DNA from: a bacterium
Lineage (GTDB): Bacteria; UBA8248
Assembly: GCA_965203325.1 (NCBI GenBank)
Contig: OZ241875.1
Span: 3,232,001 to 3,296,000 of the forward strand
Direction: 5' to 3'
Length of the DNA: 64,000 nucleotides
Below, piece by piece: positions 46,775-57,737 of the stretch (position 1 is its first letter; the number at the start of each line of letters is the position of its first letter). The notes under the pieces were generated by a model that was not told where the DNA came from, did not search any database, and was given only the letters and a program-made list of their open reading frames with translations. Position numbers and translations under genes: made by a program.

Positions 46775-47956
46775 ATGCCCAAAAGAAGCGAACTCAAACT
46801 CACCAAGCGCGCCGTCGACGCGCTCGAAGTCGAAGGCAAAGACGCCGTCTTCTGGGATCGGGACCTTGCCGGCTTCGGCGTGCGTGTCCACCCCACGGGG
46901 CGCAAGGTCTACGTGGTCCAGACCCGTGGGCCGGGAGGGCCGAAGCGCGTGACTATCGGCCGGCACGGAGAGCTGTCGACCGATGAGGCGAGAAAACGCG
47001 CCGTCCCCGTCATCGACCGCATCAAGCGCGGAGAGTCTCCCACGCCCAAACCGCCCGAACCACCGCCCACCGTGTCCGGCCTGGCCGAACGCTTCATGCG
47101 GGACCATGTCGAGAAGCACCTGAAACCGGGCACCATTGCATCATACCGGTACCTGATCGAGAAGCACATCCTGCCGGCACTGGGCGGAATGGAGATCGAA
47201 CAGGTCGGACGAGCGGAAGTCTCGGCGCTGCACCACCGCCTTTGCGACACGCCCGACATGGCCAACAGTTCGCTCGGCGTCCTTTCCAAGATGTTCTCCC
47301 TTGCCGAGACGTGGGAGCTGCTCCCTCCCGGGAACAATCCCTGCCGCGCAATGCGGCCCTACAGCATGCGCCGGCGCGAGCGGTTCCTGAGCGATGAGGA
47401 GTTCCGCCGCCTGGGCGTGACGCTCAGGGACGCGGAGGCGGACGGGTCGGTATGGCCGCCCGCGCTCGCCGCGATCAGGCTGTTGATGCTGACCGGGTGC
47501 AGGAAGAGCGAGATACTGAACCTTCGCTGGGACGACGTGGACCACACGGCGGGAGAACTCAGGCTCCGGGACGCCAAGACGGGTCCGCGCATGGTCCCCC
47601 TGACGACGCCTGCCCTTCGTGTGCTGGAGAGCATCGCGCGCTCGCCCGGATACCCCTGGGTGTTCCCCGGGCGAAACGGGGCGGGTCGTCCCCTGGACAT
47701 CACTACCTACTGGAAACGCATCAGGGCCAGGGCCGGTCTCGATGACGTGCGGATCCACGATCTCAGGCACTCCTACGCATCGAGGGCGCTGGCGCTGGGC
47801 GAGGGTCTCACCGCGATCGGCAAGCTGCTCGGCCACGCCAAGGTATCGACCACGGCGCGCTACGCGCACCTGATGCGCGACGCGGAGAAGGCGGCGGCCG
47901 CCCGGGTGGGCGACAGCATCGGAACCCACCTTGGCGCTCAGACTAATCAATTGTGA
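46775..47956 (+). CDS. Tyrosine recombinase/integrase with N-terminal arm-binding domain, copy 1
   Basis: WD..L.GFGVRV...G.K, TGCRKSEI, HDLRHSYAS, LLGH....TTARY; catalytic R-K-H-R-H-Y intact. Confidence 0.93.
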   Translation: MPKRSELKLTKRAVDALEVEGKDAVFWDRDLAGFGVRVHPTGRKVYVVQTRGPGGPKRVTIGRHGELSTDEARKRAVPVIDRIKRGESPTPKPPEPPPTVSGLAERFMRDHVEKHLKPGTIASYRYLIEKHILPALGGMEIEQVGRAEVSALHHRLCDTPDMANSSLGVLSKMFSLAETWELLPPGNNPCRAMRPYSMRRRERFLSDEEFRRLGVTLRDAEADGSVWPPALAAIRLLMLTGCRKSEILNLRWDDVDHTAGELRLRDAKTGPRMVPLTTPALRVLESIARSPGYPWVFPGRNGAGRPLDITTYWKRIRARAGLDDVRIHDLRHSYASRALALGEGLTAIGKLLGHAKVSTTARYAHLMRDAEKAAAARVGDSIGTHLGAQTNQL

Positions 47957-47982
47957 ATCAGGACGAGGAGGAAGAACCGGAT

Positions 47983-49149
47983 ATGGCGAAACTCAAGTAC
48001 AGGACGCTCTCGAACCGCATGGTCGGCAAGCTCGATACCGATAAAGAGACCGTGTTCTGGGACAGGGAGCTCACCGGCTTCGGCGTCAGGGTCTATCCCA
48101 CGGGGACGAAGGTCTACGTCGCCCAGGCAAGAGGTCCCAGGGGACCCAGGCGCGTGGCGGTCGGCCGCTACGGCGTGGTCCATGCCGAGCAGGCGCGCCA
48201 GAGGGCGGCCATGATCATCACCCGGATCAAGGCAGGCGATGAGGCGGCGCTCAAGCCGAAGAAACCCGCCGGCGGGCCTACGGTGGCCGAACTCGCCGGG
48301 AGGTATCTCGCGGAATACGCCGCGGTGCGCTGCAAGCCGAAGACCCTCGAGACGGTCCGCACGGCGGTCCGCAAGCACATCCTGCCGGCCCTGGGGAAGC
48401 TGTCGCTCACGGCGGTCGAGCGCGCGCAGGTCGCGGAGATGCACCAACGGCTGTGCGCGACGCCTGTTGCCGCGAACATGGCGCTCCGCACCCTCTCCCT
48501 GATGTACCGCCTGGCCGGGGAGTGGGGACTCGTGCCGGAAGGAATGAACCCCTGCCGCTCGATCGCCAAACATCCCGAGCGCAGGCGGGAGAGGTTCCTG
48601 ACCGACAAGGAATTCACACGCCTGGGGCAGACGCTCGACGAGGTCGGGACAAGAGGAGGCGCCACGGCGCCCGCTGTGGCCGCCATCCGGCTCCTGATGC
48701 TGACGGGGTGCCGGAAGAACGAGATACTGAAATTAAGATGGGAGGACGTGGCGCTCGAGGAGAGTGAACTGAGGCTCCCCGACGCCAAGACGGGCGCGCG
48801 GGTGGTCCCGCTCTCGCCACGGGCGGTGAAGCTCCTCGTGGAACTCCCGCGCGTCGAGGGCAATCCGTGGGTCATACACGGCAAGAGGCCGGGCACGCAC
48901 ATGACCGAACTCGATGACGCCTGGCAGACCGTTCGGGCGCGCGCGGGTCTCTCAGACGTGCGGCTCCACGACCTGCGCCATTCGTACGCCAGCAGGGCCC
49001 TGGCGCTGGGCGAGAGCCTGCCCATGATCGGGAAACTGCTCGGCCACTCCCAGGTCGAGACCACGGCGCGCTACGCGCACCTGTCGCGTGAATCGGTGCG
49101 CGAGACGGCGGAGCGGATTGCGGAGAGCATTGCGAAGGACACCCTGTAG
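47983..49149 (+). CDS. Tyrosine recombinase/integrase, copy 2
   Basis: Same motifs (TGCRKNEI, HDLRHSYAS, LLGHSQVETTARYAH). Alternative GTG start at 47953 overlaps the previous stop. Confidence 0.93.
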   Translation: MAKLKYRTLSNRMVGKLDTDKETVFWDRELTGFGVRVYPTGTKVYVAQARGPRGPRRVAVGRYGVVHAEQARQRAAMIITRIKAGDEAALKPKKPAGGPTVAELAGRYLAEYAAVRCKPKTLETVRTAVRKHILPALGKLSLTAVERAQVAEMHQRLCATPVAANMALRTLSLMYRLAGEWGLVPEGMNPCRSIAKHPERRRERFLTDKEFTRLGQTLDEVGTRGGATAPAVAAIRLLMLTGCRKNEILKLRWEDVALEESELRLPDAKTGARVVPLSPRAVKLLVELPRVEGNPWVIHGKRPGTHMTELDDAWQTVRARAGLSDVRLHDLRHSYASRALALGESLPMIGKLLGHSQVETTARYAHLSRESVRETAERIAESIAKDTL

Positions 49150-49509
49150 AGGTATGGGGGGTGTCGATGTAGTCTCGTACCAAAGAGTATACGTTGATAA
49201 TGGAGATATGCTGCACAAAAGGTCTACGAAGCCTTTTTGTGACCATGTGAGACCCGGTCCAGATAGAGTATTAAGCGAACTTTCATGATCGAGTTTATCG
49301 GCAGTTGTAAGACGTGCGTTACTACTAAAGAGATTGGTTCTGAGTCAAGGAAGTCGACACGCTGGAAGCGGGGAGGCATCTTATACGATCTACGATTATA
49401 TCGTAGGCAGATCGAGTCGAGCTTCTGGTGGAGATAAGAATAGCATTATCCAATATTCCCGGAAGATGTGCGTCCTTGGTACTTTAGTTTTTATGCACAG
49501 CAACTTCGT

Positions 49510-52104
49510 TCATAAATTCTTGTATCTTCTTACTCGCTTGAACCAACTGTCCACAAGATCCAACTCATTGTTCAGTGCTTCCACCTCTGGAGCTACATAG
49601 TTGATCTTTCCACTCTTATCGTGGCGCTTTGCCCACTGTGAAATACGACTGTAGCTTGCCTGGAATTCCCTGTTGTCTTCGTCGGAGAATTGGGCAAGGA
49701 CTTTCACCATCGCAGGTCGCACTTCGAGACCACCTTCAGCGAGAACAGGGCCGACGAGTTCCTGACTGAAAATGCGTTCCCATGTTTCTGATAGATTCCC
49801 AGACCAGACGGCAACTTCCGTCTCGTACTGATCTTGCTCCCAGTCCCGAGAATGTTTCTTGATTTTAGCGAGTTTCTCTCGGAGCACTCCTAGTCGCTCA
49901 GATACATCCTTAGCTTTCCAGGGGTGCATCGTACTGCACGTACCCGGCTTGCGATCTCCTGCGCGGCTCTTGGCTACCGACCGATCAGTCACAACAACAC
50001 CTTTTTCGTTCGCCTCTCGCTTGATATCCGCAACAAAAGACACGTCATGGGTGAACACGACAACTTGTCGATCCAGACCAAACTCAACGAGCCGGTTCGC
50101 CACCAAACCCCGCCGTACATGGTCTAGTGAACTCACTGGATCATCCAAGATGAGGGCAGATTTCGAGGCGTCCAAATACGCTTCCGTAAAGAAGGCGGCC
50201 AAACCAAGAGCCGTCTTCTCTCCTTCACTAAAAACCTGTGGAAGTGTGACATACTGGCGTGCACCTACGAGCTTTGGTTGATGCAGCAACGCAGTTCGCT
50301 CGGCCCGAGTTTTGGTAATCGTAACCCTCTCGAGCTGCAAACGATCCGCCTCACGGGTAAATCGATCACGAATAACCTCTGTAACTTCTGCAGCAGATAA
50401 CTCGGATATCTTTCTCGTGATTGCTCCAGTTGCAGCACTGTTCTTAATATTTTCTAACCTAGTATAGATTTTTTGCCGTTTGATCTCTTCGACTATAAGA
50501 AGGCGTTGGTTCTTCATTTCCTCAAGTAGTTCACTCTCCATCCTCTTCTTAGTGGCCATACGGAGACGGTTCTTTGTGGCCTCGGGGTCGGCGAGCTCTA
50601 GCGCATCCGTCCTGGCACGAATGGCAGCCTCACCAATCCGTACTACTAATGTTCCACAATCAAATTTGACGCTAGGCAGCTCTCCAAAGTTGGAAAGTGC
50701 CTTGAGGAGGGTAGTTTGCATGTCTTCTGCTAGAGATAATATCGATTGAGCCTCAGATATAAGTTCAGAATACGCCGCTTCCAAGTCCAACAGGTTTGTT
50801 TCCACGGCCTCGGACTGCACAGAAAGACTGGATACCTGACTACTGGAGGTATTGAACTTCCGCCTGGCTTCCGCAAGTTGCTGCTGGGTGTCATTTTTGA
50901 CGAACTCGTCAAAGCGACTTAGTCGATCTCGACCTTCAGCAGCGAGAGTTTGCTGACACAATACGCACCTACTGTCCGAACTGATGACGGGGAACGTACC
51001 ACCGGGATATGCATGAGATTCTGAGAAGCGCCTCGCCGCCTCCCAAAGTTCCTCCCACACCGATGTGCCTACACCCGCGAATGGTTCAGATTCGAAGGCC
51101 TGTGCCAGCACAGATGTAGCTTCATCAAGTGTTTGAACGCGGTCGCGCAGTGTTTTGAGCTCGGACATGGCGTCCACACCCAGTGCCGTTTGTACCTTCT
51201 TGAGGTGCGTCGCAACCGAGTCTAGCTTTTCAGCAGTTCTATTGAGGCGCTGTCTTTCCTGGCTTGTATCACCAGCGACCAGTCGCGCTTCCTGTTCCCT
51301 GAGATTATCCACCGTCTCAGCCGATTTTTCGAAGCTATCGATTAGGGCGTCAAGATTTTCAAAAGAGGAGTTGGCGGACAGATTTGAGAGAAACCAACCT
51401 GCCGCAGTATCGCTCACCAAGTCGTCGACCACAGGTAGTATTTTCTTTGACGTGCTGTTCTCCGCCAGCCTAGCGTCAATAAGTCTACGCACCGCCGTGC
51501 AAGCCTCGATCAGCCTATCCATGACAAAAAAGGCCGAGGGTCGGTAAGGAAAGTCAGACTCCGTCCTGATGTAGGCGTTACCGCACTCACCATCGTAGAA
51601 CAACATGCGCTGAAGTTCGGGCAAGCTCGAAATAGGGCCGTCTAAAGATTCCTCGCTATCTCCTATCCGAACGGTGACACACGCGCTTGGCTCGTCTTGC
51701 CCCGTATCCCGGAAGACGTCGGAGAGAATTTCCTCCTGATGTCGTGCTCGCGCGATAAGCTTAAGAAGGCGCGCAAAACCCGACTTGCCAGTTGCGTTGT
51801 CCCCATAGATGACGGTGATCCCGTCGAGCGCGAAAGTGAGAGGTTGGGCCGACTCAAGAGCGTTGACGTGTTTTGGATCAGCGATGGAGTCAAGCCGAAC
51901 CGCATCATCGCCCTCCACCGTTACAGGTAAGTCCTCAATCGAAAGTTGCTCATCCTCAAAATCATCCGAAGCCAAAATAGCTTCCACGACTTGCTTGTAA
52001 TCGCTATCCCCTAGCGTGTCTCCCCGAGCTATTCTACACAGTAGATACTGCTGCCACGAAGGCCTAGTTGCAGCCCAACGAACAACTTCCTGCTCTAGAG
52101 GCAT
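49510..52104 (-). CDS. Rad50/SMC-like ABC ATPase with zinc hook and C-terminal extension (RloC-like architecture)
   Basis: Walker A GDNATGKSG, coiled coil with CVLCQQ, signature FSEGEK, Walker B LILDDPVSSLD, H-loop FTHD. Confidence 0.8.
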   Translation of the reverse strand: MPLEQEVVRWAATRPSWQQYLLCRIARGDTLGDSDYKQVVEAILASDDFEDEQLSIEDLPVTVEGDDAVRLDSIADPKHVNALESAQPLTFALDGITVIYGDNATGKSGFARLLKLIARARHQEEILSDVFRDTGQDEPSACVTVRIGDSEESLDGPISSLPELQRMLFYDGECGNAYIRTESDFPYRPSAFFVMDRLIEACTAVRRLIDARLAENSTSKKILPVVDDLVSDTAAGWFLSNLSANSSFENLDALIDSFEKSAETVDNLREQEARLVAGDTSQERQRLNRTAEKLDSVATHLKKVQTALGVDAMSELKTLRDRVQTLDEATSVLAQAFESEPFAGVGTSVWEELWEAARRFSESHAYPGGTFPVISSDSRCVLCQQTLAAEGRDRLSRFDEFVKNDTQQQLAEARRKFNTSSSQVSSLSVQSEAVETNLLDLEAAYSELISEAQSILSLAEDMQTTLLKALSNFGELPSVKFDCGTLVVRIGEAAIRARTDALELADPEATKNRLRMATKKRMESELLEEMKNQRLLIVEEIKRQKIYTRLENIKNSAATGAITRKISELSAAEVTEVIRDRFTREADRLQLERVTITKTRAERTALLHQPKLVGARQYVTLPQVFSEGEKTALGLAAFFTEAYLDASKSALILDDPVSSLDHVRRGLVANRLVEFGLDRQVVVFTHDVSFVADIKREANEKGVVVTDRSVAKSRAGDRKPGTCSTMHPWKAKDVSERLGVLREKLAKIKKHSRDWEQDQYETEVAVWSGNLSETWERIFSQELVGPVLAEGGLEVRPAMVKVLAQFSDEDNREFQASYSRISQWAKRHDKSGKINYVAPEVEALNNELDLVDSWFKRVRRYKNL

Positions 52105-53015
52105 GGAAACTAACTCCTGTTCTTAGTTTCGAGTAGATATAGCCTGCTGTCAGCTTATATAGCTTTCAGCTACGTCCCTTGAAGGGTCATTTCAAAAAAA
52201 AACCGCATTAGACGGCCATGTATCTGTTCCAGAAACTTCCGTTAAATCCACACAGCTTGTGAAATCGATTTTCCGGTACCCTTCTCAACCGCAATTGCTG
52301 CAAATGGAGTAGCCTTCATTAATTCAGTTTCCATAAAGGTTGCGCGGTCTAAATATTAACGTCAACCGATATATTGACTTTAAGTATTACCTAAATAGCT
52401 ATTAACATGGCCACTCTAGGAGAATTGGTTAGTTTCTTATTTGCTATTTCCGTACCCTATAGATCCCGCTCGGACGACGCTCAGCTTCCTGTAGTACGGC
52501 CCTCCCTCGAACGCCATGACGAGAACCACTTTATCTGGGAGAAAATGTTCCGCTGACGCCTTCCACTCGTTTAGAAAACGTAGGGCCGCTATAGCCAACA
52601 CCCACATCATTGACAAACACAGCTATAAGTTCGATGTCTTGTCAGCGGACAATATTACAATTTCCGTCTAGTCTCCTGTGACGGGGGGCCACTCTGCAAT
52701 CCCAACACTGCCATCAACTTTATTTCAACTGACGAAGAAGGCGGTAAAAACGAACACATGATCAAGCCGCTGTTCGTCCGACTTGATTCTTCGATGAAGC
52801 TCGCCGAACACGAAAGATTGAAACCTGAGCGATCATTAATCGCTAACTACCCTGATCCTTACTCCGTCCTGCCAAAAGGCCGAGCCAGGCGAGTCCGGGG
52901 CAAACCGAGGAAGAACAGAAATGTAAAGGACACCTTCCGGTGACTGAGACCCGACGGCATTTTAAGGTGCCCAATAGGATAATATGGTGTCTACCCAGTC
53001 CAGCTAGAGCGTCCA

Positions 53016-53090
53016 ATGATAAAAACTAACAGAACGACATTTGGTGTGGATACGGCGAAAAGAGTGTTTCAGTTTTACCGGGACATTGTG
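53016..53090 (+). pseudogene. Relic 5' end of an IS110-family transposase
   Basis: ATG 53016 reads MIKTNRTTFGVDTAKRVFQFY, resembling the GxDxAKxVFQ start of IS110 transposases; similarity then stops. Confidence 0.45.
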
Positions 53091-53359
53091 GGCAGCACGG
53101 TGGGCGCTCTCAGGCTCAGGATGCTCTCGATCATCCTGAGCCTGAGAAGCGCCAACGACATATCCTCAACAGGATTAAAGTCCACAGGTCATTAGGACCT
53201 AAACAAAAAGAACCATGGCCTCCGAGCCTGGGTCCGCTTCGCCCATCGTCTATGGTTCCAAAAACCTCGTAGCCGGTGGTAAAATGATTTGAGGGAAGTC
53301 AATCTGGCGAGTTCCGCCATTGACCCACTCAAATTGTACTCTCAGGTAGACATATTGAG

Positions 53360-55039
53360 ATGCGGGAAGCAGAAGCAGTGGACGCAAAAAATCAAGAGAG
53401 AGAAGCTGATGAAGCTCTTCGTTGGCGTTTAGAAATCCTCCGAACGAGGCTAGACGAAGGAAAAATTCGATTTGCAGCCCATCTGGCTGCTGATGCGAAA
53501 CAGAGCCTTAATGCTGTCAAATACGGTCCTGATGGCAGAATAGACCTCGACACAGTAGATGGACGAGTTCGTTCTATGGCATTAGCAGCGGCAGAACTAT
53601 ACCAAAGGGAGAACACTAAAAATTCAGTTTCTCTCCAAGATATTTCTAATATCTACTTTGAATTCATCGAAAAACAGTTTGGTTCACTTGCCGAAGATGC
53701 AACCGATAAAGGTTTGAATCCACACCAAGCAGCTATTGCAATCTCTAAAACGACCGAAGCAGTAGAGAATTTTGCAGAAAATCTGCCTGATTTTCTAAAC
53801 GCTTTGGAAGATTTTTGGTCCTCGGTTGGGGAGGCTACAAGTTTCCACATACAAGATTTGGAAGGTCTTAAAGCGGTTTATGGTGGGGACCTTTTCCCCT
53901 CTCACGAAATGAACATCGCGAGTTCGGTCGGTCTCTATAGTGACACTATAGTTCTAACAGACCCGTTCTTTAATTCACGCCATATTTTCGAAAACGTCAA
54001 TGACGAGAAGAAGGCGTACTACGTGGCAAAGCATGCCCTCAACACACTTGGTTATAAGGAGTTCGCAGTTACCGATTTGCCAAAACCAATTGTTGTGCTG
54101 GCACCATTTCGTTCTTCAATTGACGACCATGAGGGAGAATTACTTAAACAAATAATGCTCAATGATGGTGTAAAACATGCCTCCGTACTCTTTGGACGAG
54201 AGTTTGATTCACCAGAGGACGTATGGGAATTTGCTAGCGAGCTAAGCACCCCTGAAGCCACTGTTCAGGCTTTGAGTGATCCCGACCGACTACTATTTGA
54301 CACAGAATGGAGTGGAACCAAAAAAGAGCAAATCATACGGTCATTAGCTTCAGAATGGTCTGACATTGGAATTGGATCGCATGCTGGCGAAATGGTCGCG
54401 GATATGTGTTTTGGCCGGATGGGTCAAGCTACAGATCTATTGATGAAAAGCCGCTATTTGATGGGCACTCCCCTAATAGATGCTCCAACTTCATGGAAGT
54501 ATTTCAACTGGAAGTTGGAATACAATGCTGCACAACAGCCGGATGACTTAAAAACTCTACATATGGCGGAAGGATTACAGCACGTTGCTGGAACCGACGA
54601 GTCTTGGCTCGGCAAAATTCCGGCAAAAGCTTTAGTTGAAATGCGCCAAGAGGGAGTATTCGAAGAAATTCGTGATGTTCTTTCGAACGGCATAAGTCAG
54701 CTTGCGGAAATAAACCCAACGGGTTTCTTCCGGACGAGCGACCAAATTGTGGACAATATCCGAAATGCGTTCGACGATCATGCCCGAGAAGTCAAGAAAC
54801 TTAGGGCCAAACGTATAAAATTTGCGGGCTACGATATTGGATCGATGATGCTCGCGGGAGGTCTGGACATTGCAACAATAATCACGGGCACTGGAACCTT
54901 CGGAGCAGCAAGCTTAGCTGTCAATCATTTATTGGATGTGCCAAAACTCAGAGAAATCCCTGAACGGTTCAGGGAATTGAAGAATGCTCACAAGGAGCTG
55001 ACAAAGTCGCCAATGGGCATGTTATTCAAACATCAATGA
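53360..55039 (+). CDS. Hypothetical protein (559 aa), island cargo
   Basis: Long ORF in lower-GC DNA; no family recognised. Confidence 0.75.
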   Translation: MREAEAVDAKNQEREADEALRWRLEILRTRLDEGKIRFAAHLAADAKQSLNAVKYGPDGRIDLDTVDGRVRSMALAAAELYQRENTKNSVSLQDISNIYFEFIEKQFGSLAEDATDKGLNPHQAAIAISKTTEAVENFAENLPDFLNALEDFWSSVGEATSFHIQDLEGLKAVYGGDLFPSHEMNIASSVGLYSDTIVLTDPFFNSRHIFENVNDEKKAYYVAKHALNTLGYKEFAVTDLPKPIVVLAPFRSSIDDHEGELLKQIMLNDGVKHASVLFGREFDSPEDVWEFASELSTPEATVQALSDPDRLLFDTEWSGTKKEQIIRSLASEWSDIGIGSHAGEMVADMCFGRMGQATDLLMKSRYLMGTPLIDAPTSWKYFNWKLEYNAAQQPDDLKTLHMAEGLQHVAGTDESWLGKIPAKALVEMRQEGVFEEIRDVLSNGISQLAEINPTGFFRTSDQIVDNIRNAFDDHAREVKKLRAKRIKFAGYDIGSMMLAGGLDIATIITGTGTFGAASLAVNHLLDVPKLREIPERFRELKNAHKELTKSPMGMLFKHQ

Positions 55040-55405
55040 TTGAGTAGTATCAGCTAGAGGAGCCAGTTCAAAATCAAATTAGGGTCAAAGTTGTACGCCT
55101 AACCACGCCTAACCACGCCCGAAGTCTATCGTAAAATTTCTTCCACGCCTAGAAACTATCCGGTACCGACCAAGGGGCACCGTTTAACTGTTCGCTATCT
55201 CCTCCAAACACCGGCCGCTTCTCTGCGGGCTCACCTCTCCACCGCCCACCGGAGCATCTAACTATCGTCTTAATCGCCGCCATCCCGACGCAGTCCTAAC
55301 GGATACCGGGCTTGTTAACAGTGCCCAATTTAACATTAACCGTCGATTCGGCTTGCGATATAGGGTAGGCTTGCTGCTTTCTTAACAACAGTCGAGATAC
55401 CGCCA

Positions 55406-57088
55406 ATGAACTCCCTCTTTTCGGGTCCACTTCACATATCTGACCTTATGCAACATAAGGCGTTAGAACCGTTGGATACTGCAGCACGAGGCATCTTGAT
55501 CCGAACACAATCACTAGATGTTACCGGCTATACCGAGGCCGATGTCCGCGAGGAGATCATCTCACCTCTTTTGAAAGTGCTGGGTTACGACAAGGAAAGT
55601 TATTTTTCAATCGACCGGGAAAAGAAAATTCAATTGCTGGGGCGCAAGAATTTCCTCGATTACAATTTAACGCTTTGGTCTGAAAATTTCTGGCTCATTG
55701 AAGCGAAAAAACCGAAAGGGAAGGGCACAAAATTTCGAGTTGCTGATATCAGGCAGACTGTTAGCTATGCCGTACACCCAGAGATCAATGCGGCTCTGGC
55801 TGTCCTGTGCGACGGTCTAAAGATCGCCGTCTTCGACAGAGAGCAGGATCAAATAGAGCCAATACTCACCGTGGAGATTACAAACCTTCAGCGGGATATT
55901 GACAAGCTACGTTCAGTGCTCAGTCCCTGGCAAGTTTGGTTTTTTGAGAAGCGACGTATTATTCGCCACTTGGACAAAGTGTTCGACAAAGAATTCAACA
56001 TCACACGAGTAGAGGAATTCAAGGCCCTTGTCACTCGACGCTTAGATTCAAAAAGAGGTGTCGTAACCGACAATATGCGTTCTGTGTTGTCATCCTTCGA
56101 TGACGCAGATCAAACCGTTGACATGCTACGCAAAAGTGAACCGGCTGACTTGATTGAGGGAGCTTTTTTTCTCCAATTAAACGTTGAAGGTACTATGGTC
56201 ATTGCCGAAACCCTTGTGCGTCACTGCGAGCAAAGTACATTTCAGGTGCTTTACCGAGTGTTTCCAGATCACGCTCGCGACATGAACGATCTGTACTGTA
56301 TGCATGCACTCAACTTTCTCATTCATCTGCAACAGGAAAAACCGAATGTGGAATGGCTCCCGGCATGGTTGGGTGGTGGCAACGATTTGGGAAATGCAAT
56401 CAAGACATTCATCGCTAGTTGCTTGACGCATTTTGCTTCCGACCAAGTTCGCCGAAATGTCCTGTTATGTGCGGCTGGGCTTCGAAGGCTATTCAAGACG
56501 ATCATAGCTGTTGACGAAAGCGTATGGCGCATTGGGGAGGTTATGCACGTGCTTGAGCGATACGTGGAACCGGAGGATAGTTGGGCACAGCTACTTTCCA
56601 GCCCGGAACGCCAAAATCTGCTAAGACTAGATGGGGCATCAAACGTTGCCGTTGCACGATTGGTGCGGGAATGTTCTGACAATCAAGGGCGTCCGCAGCC
56701 CGGGTTGATTGAGACCCGATTACGCGAAATCTGGAAGGGTGAATCAGTCATTTTGGAAGCTATTCCGTCCTATCGAGAACTGCTTCGGGAACGAGCTCTC
56801 GATGAGATTCATCCTACCGAAGCAACGGGTGTTGTATATGATAGTCTTGGTCACGGCATTCTCTGCATAGCCGATCATCATCCGGTTTGGAAGAGTCATA
56901 TTTTGAAACATCACCACCTTGAAGTGGAAACGTTGGCTAAGATCGGTTCATGGCAGGCACGTAAATGGCTCGGGCATAATCCGGAAGAGTCTTATACACA
57001 TCCAACCGATGAAGCCATGGCAGATCGGTTTTTCCTGGGTGACTTAGAAATGTTTCGCCGTTTGAAGTCGCTATATGGATGTGCCTAA
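55406..57088 (+). CDS. HsdR_N-like PD-(D/E)xK nuclease domain fused to an unknown C-terminal region
   Basis: TEADVREEIISPLL..LGY, LDY, LIEAKKP, Q...YA, LC.G; no helicase motifs seen. Confidence 0.7.
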   Translation: MNSLFSGPLHISDLMQHKALEPLDTAARGILIRTQSLDVTGYTEADVREEIISPLLKVLGYDKESYFSIDREKKIQLLGRKNFLDYNLTLWSENFWLIEAKKPKGKGTKFRVADIRQTVSYAVHPEINAALAVLCDGLKIAVFDREQDQIEPILTVEITNLQRDIDKLRSVLSPWQVWFFEKRRIIRHLDKVFDKEFNITRVEEFKALVTRRLDSKRGVVTDNMRSVLSSFDDADQTVDMLRKSEPADLIEGAFFLQLNVEGTMVIAETLVRHCEQSTFQVLYRVFPDHARDMNDLYCMHALNFLIHLQQEKPNVEWLPAWLGGGNDLGNAIKTFIASCLTHFASDQVRRNVLLCAAGLRRLFKTIIAVDESVWRIGEVMHVLERYVEPEDSWAQLLSSPERQNLLRLDGASNVAVARLVRECSDNQGRPQPGLIETRLREIWKGESVILEAIPSYRELLRERALDEIHPTEATGVVYDSLGHGILCIADHHPVWKSHILKHHHLEVETLAKIGSWQARKWLGHNPEESYTHPTDEAMADRFFLGDLEMFRRLKSLYGCA

Positions 57089-57737
57089 CCCCTAAGCGAT
57101 GGAGGGGGCGCCCCCCGCAGAATCACACCAAGCTCTTGAAATGGGAAGAAGGGAATTTCGGCAAATCAGGCGCTCCAATAAACATATCCAGTATCCTTGC
57201 GCTTGCCCAGGGAATTGTCTTCGCCACAAATACCTTCCATCCCTACTTCCCAGTGTTAAGACAAGTAACACGTTCCTCAATGATGGTGGGCTACGACTCC
57301 CTGAGCGAGGATGATGACACCTCACACAATATCAAAAGCAGAATAGTCCTCTTATCGACGGCAAGTGGATTCAAATCGCAAGCGTCTCGACGGGCCATAT
57401 ATACACCCCGGTAGTAACTGTTCGGCGAGTGGGTGCACCCTATATGTAGTGGGTGTATATTAATCGATAGGCACGGTTCGAAGTTTCTGGTGAATGTCGG
57501 TTGAATGTCTGCGCACGGCGCAGATTCTGATCAAATATGGATGAGACACGACAATACGAAACGACCACACAGCGCTTTAGGCCACCGATCACCAGCCCCG
57601 GAAACCATCATCCCGATAGACCAAAGGTTTATCATACACTAACGGTCGAATCACGGGGGGAGGACAAGTTCGATATGTTGGCCAGCTACATGGAGAAGGG
57701 ATTTTTGGGTGTTGTTTTCTTCGAATAGGTCATCATC

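Noticed and set aside
57398..57460. 10-bp inverted repeat ATATACACCC/GGGTGTATAT and an NrdR-box-like CCCTATATGTAGTG
   Set aside because: Short, single occurrence, and no nucleotide-reduction gene nearby.
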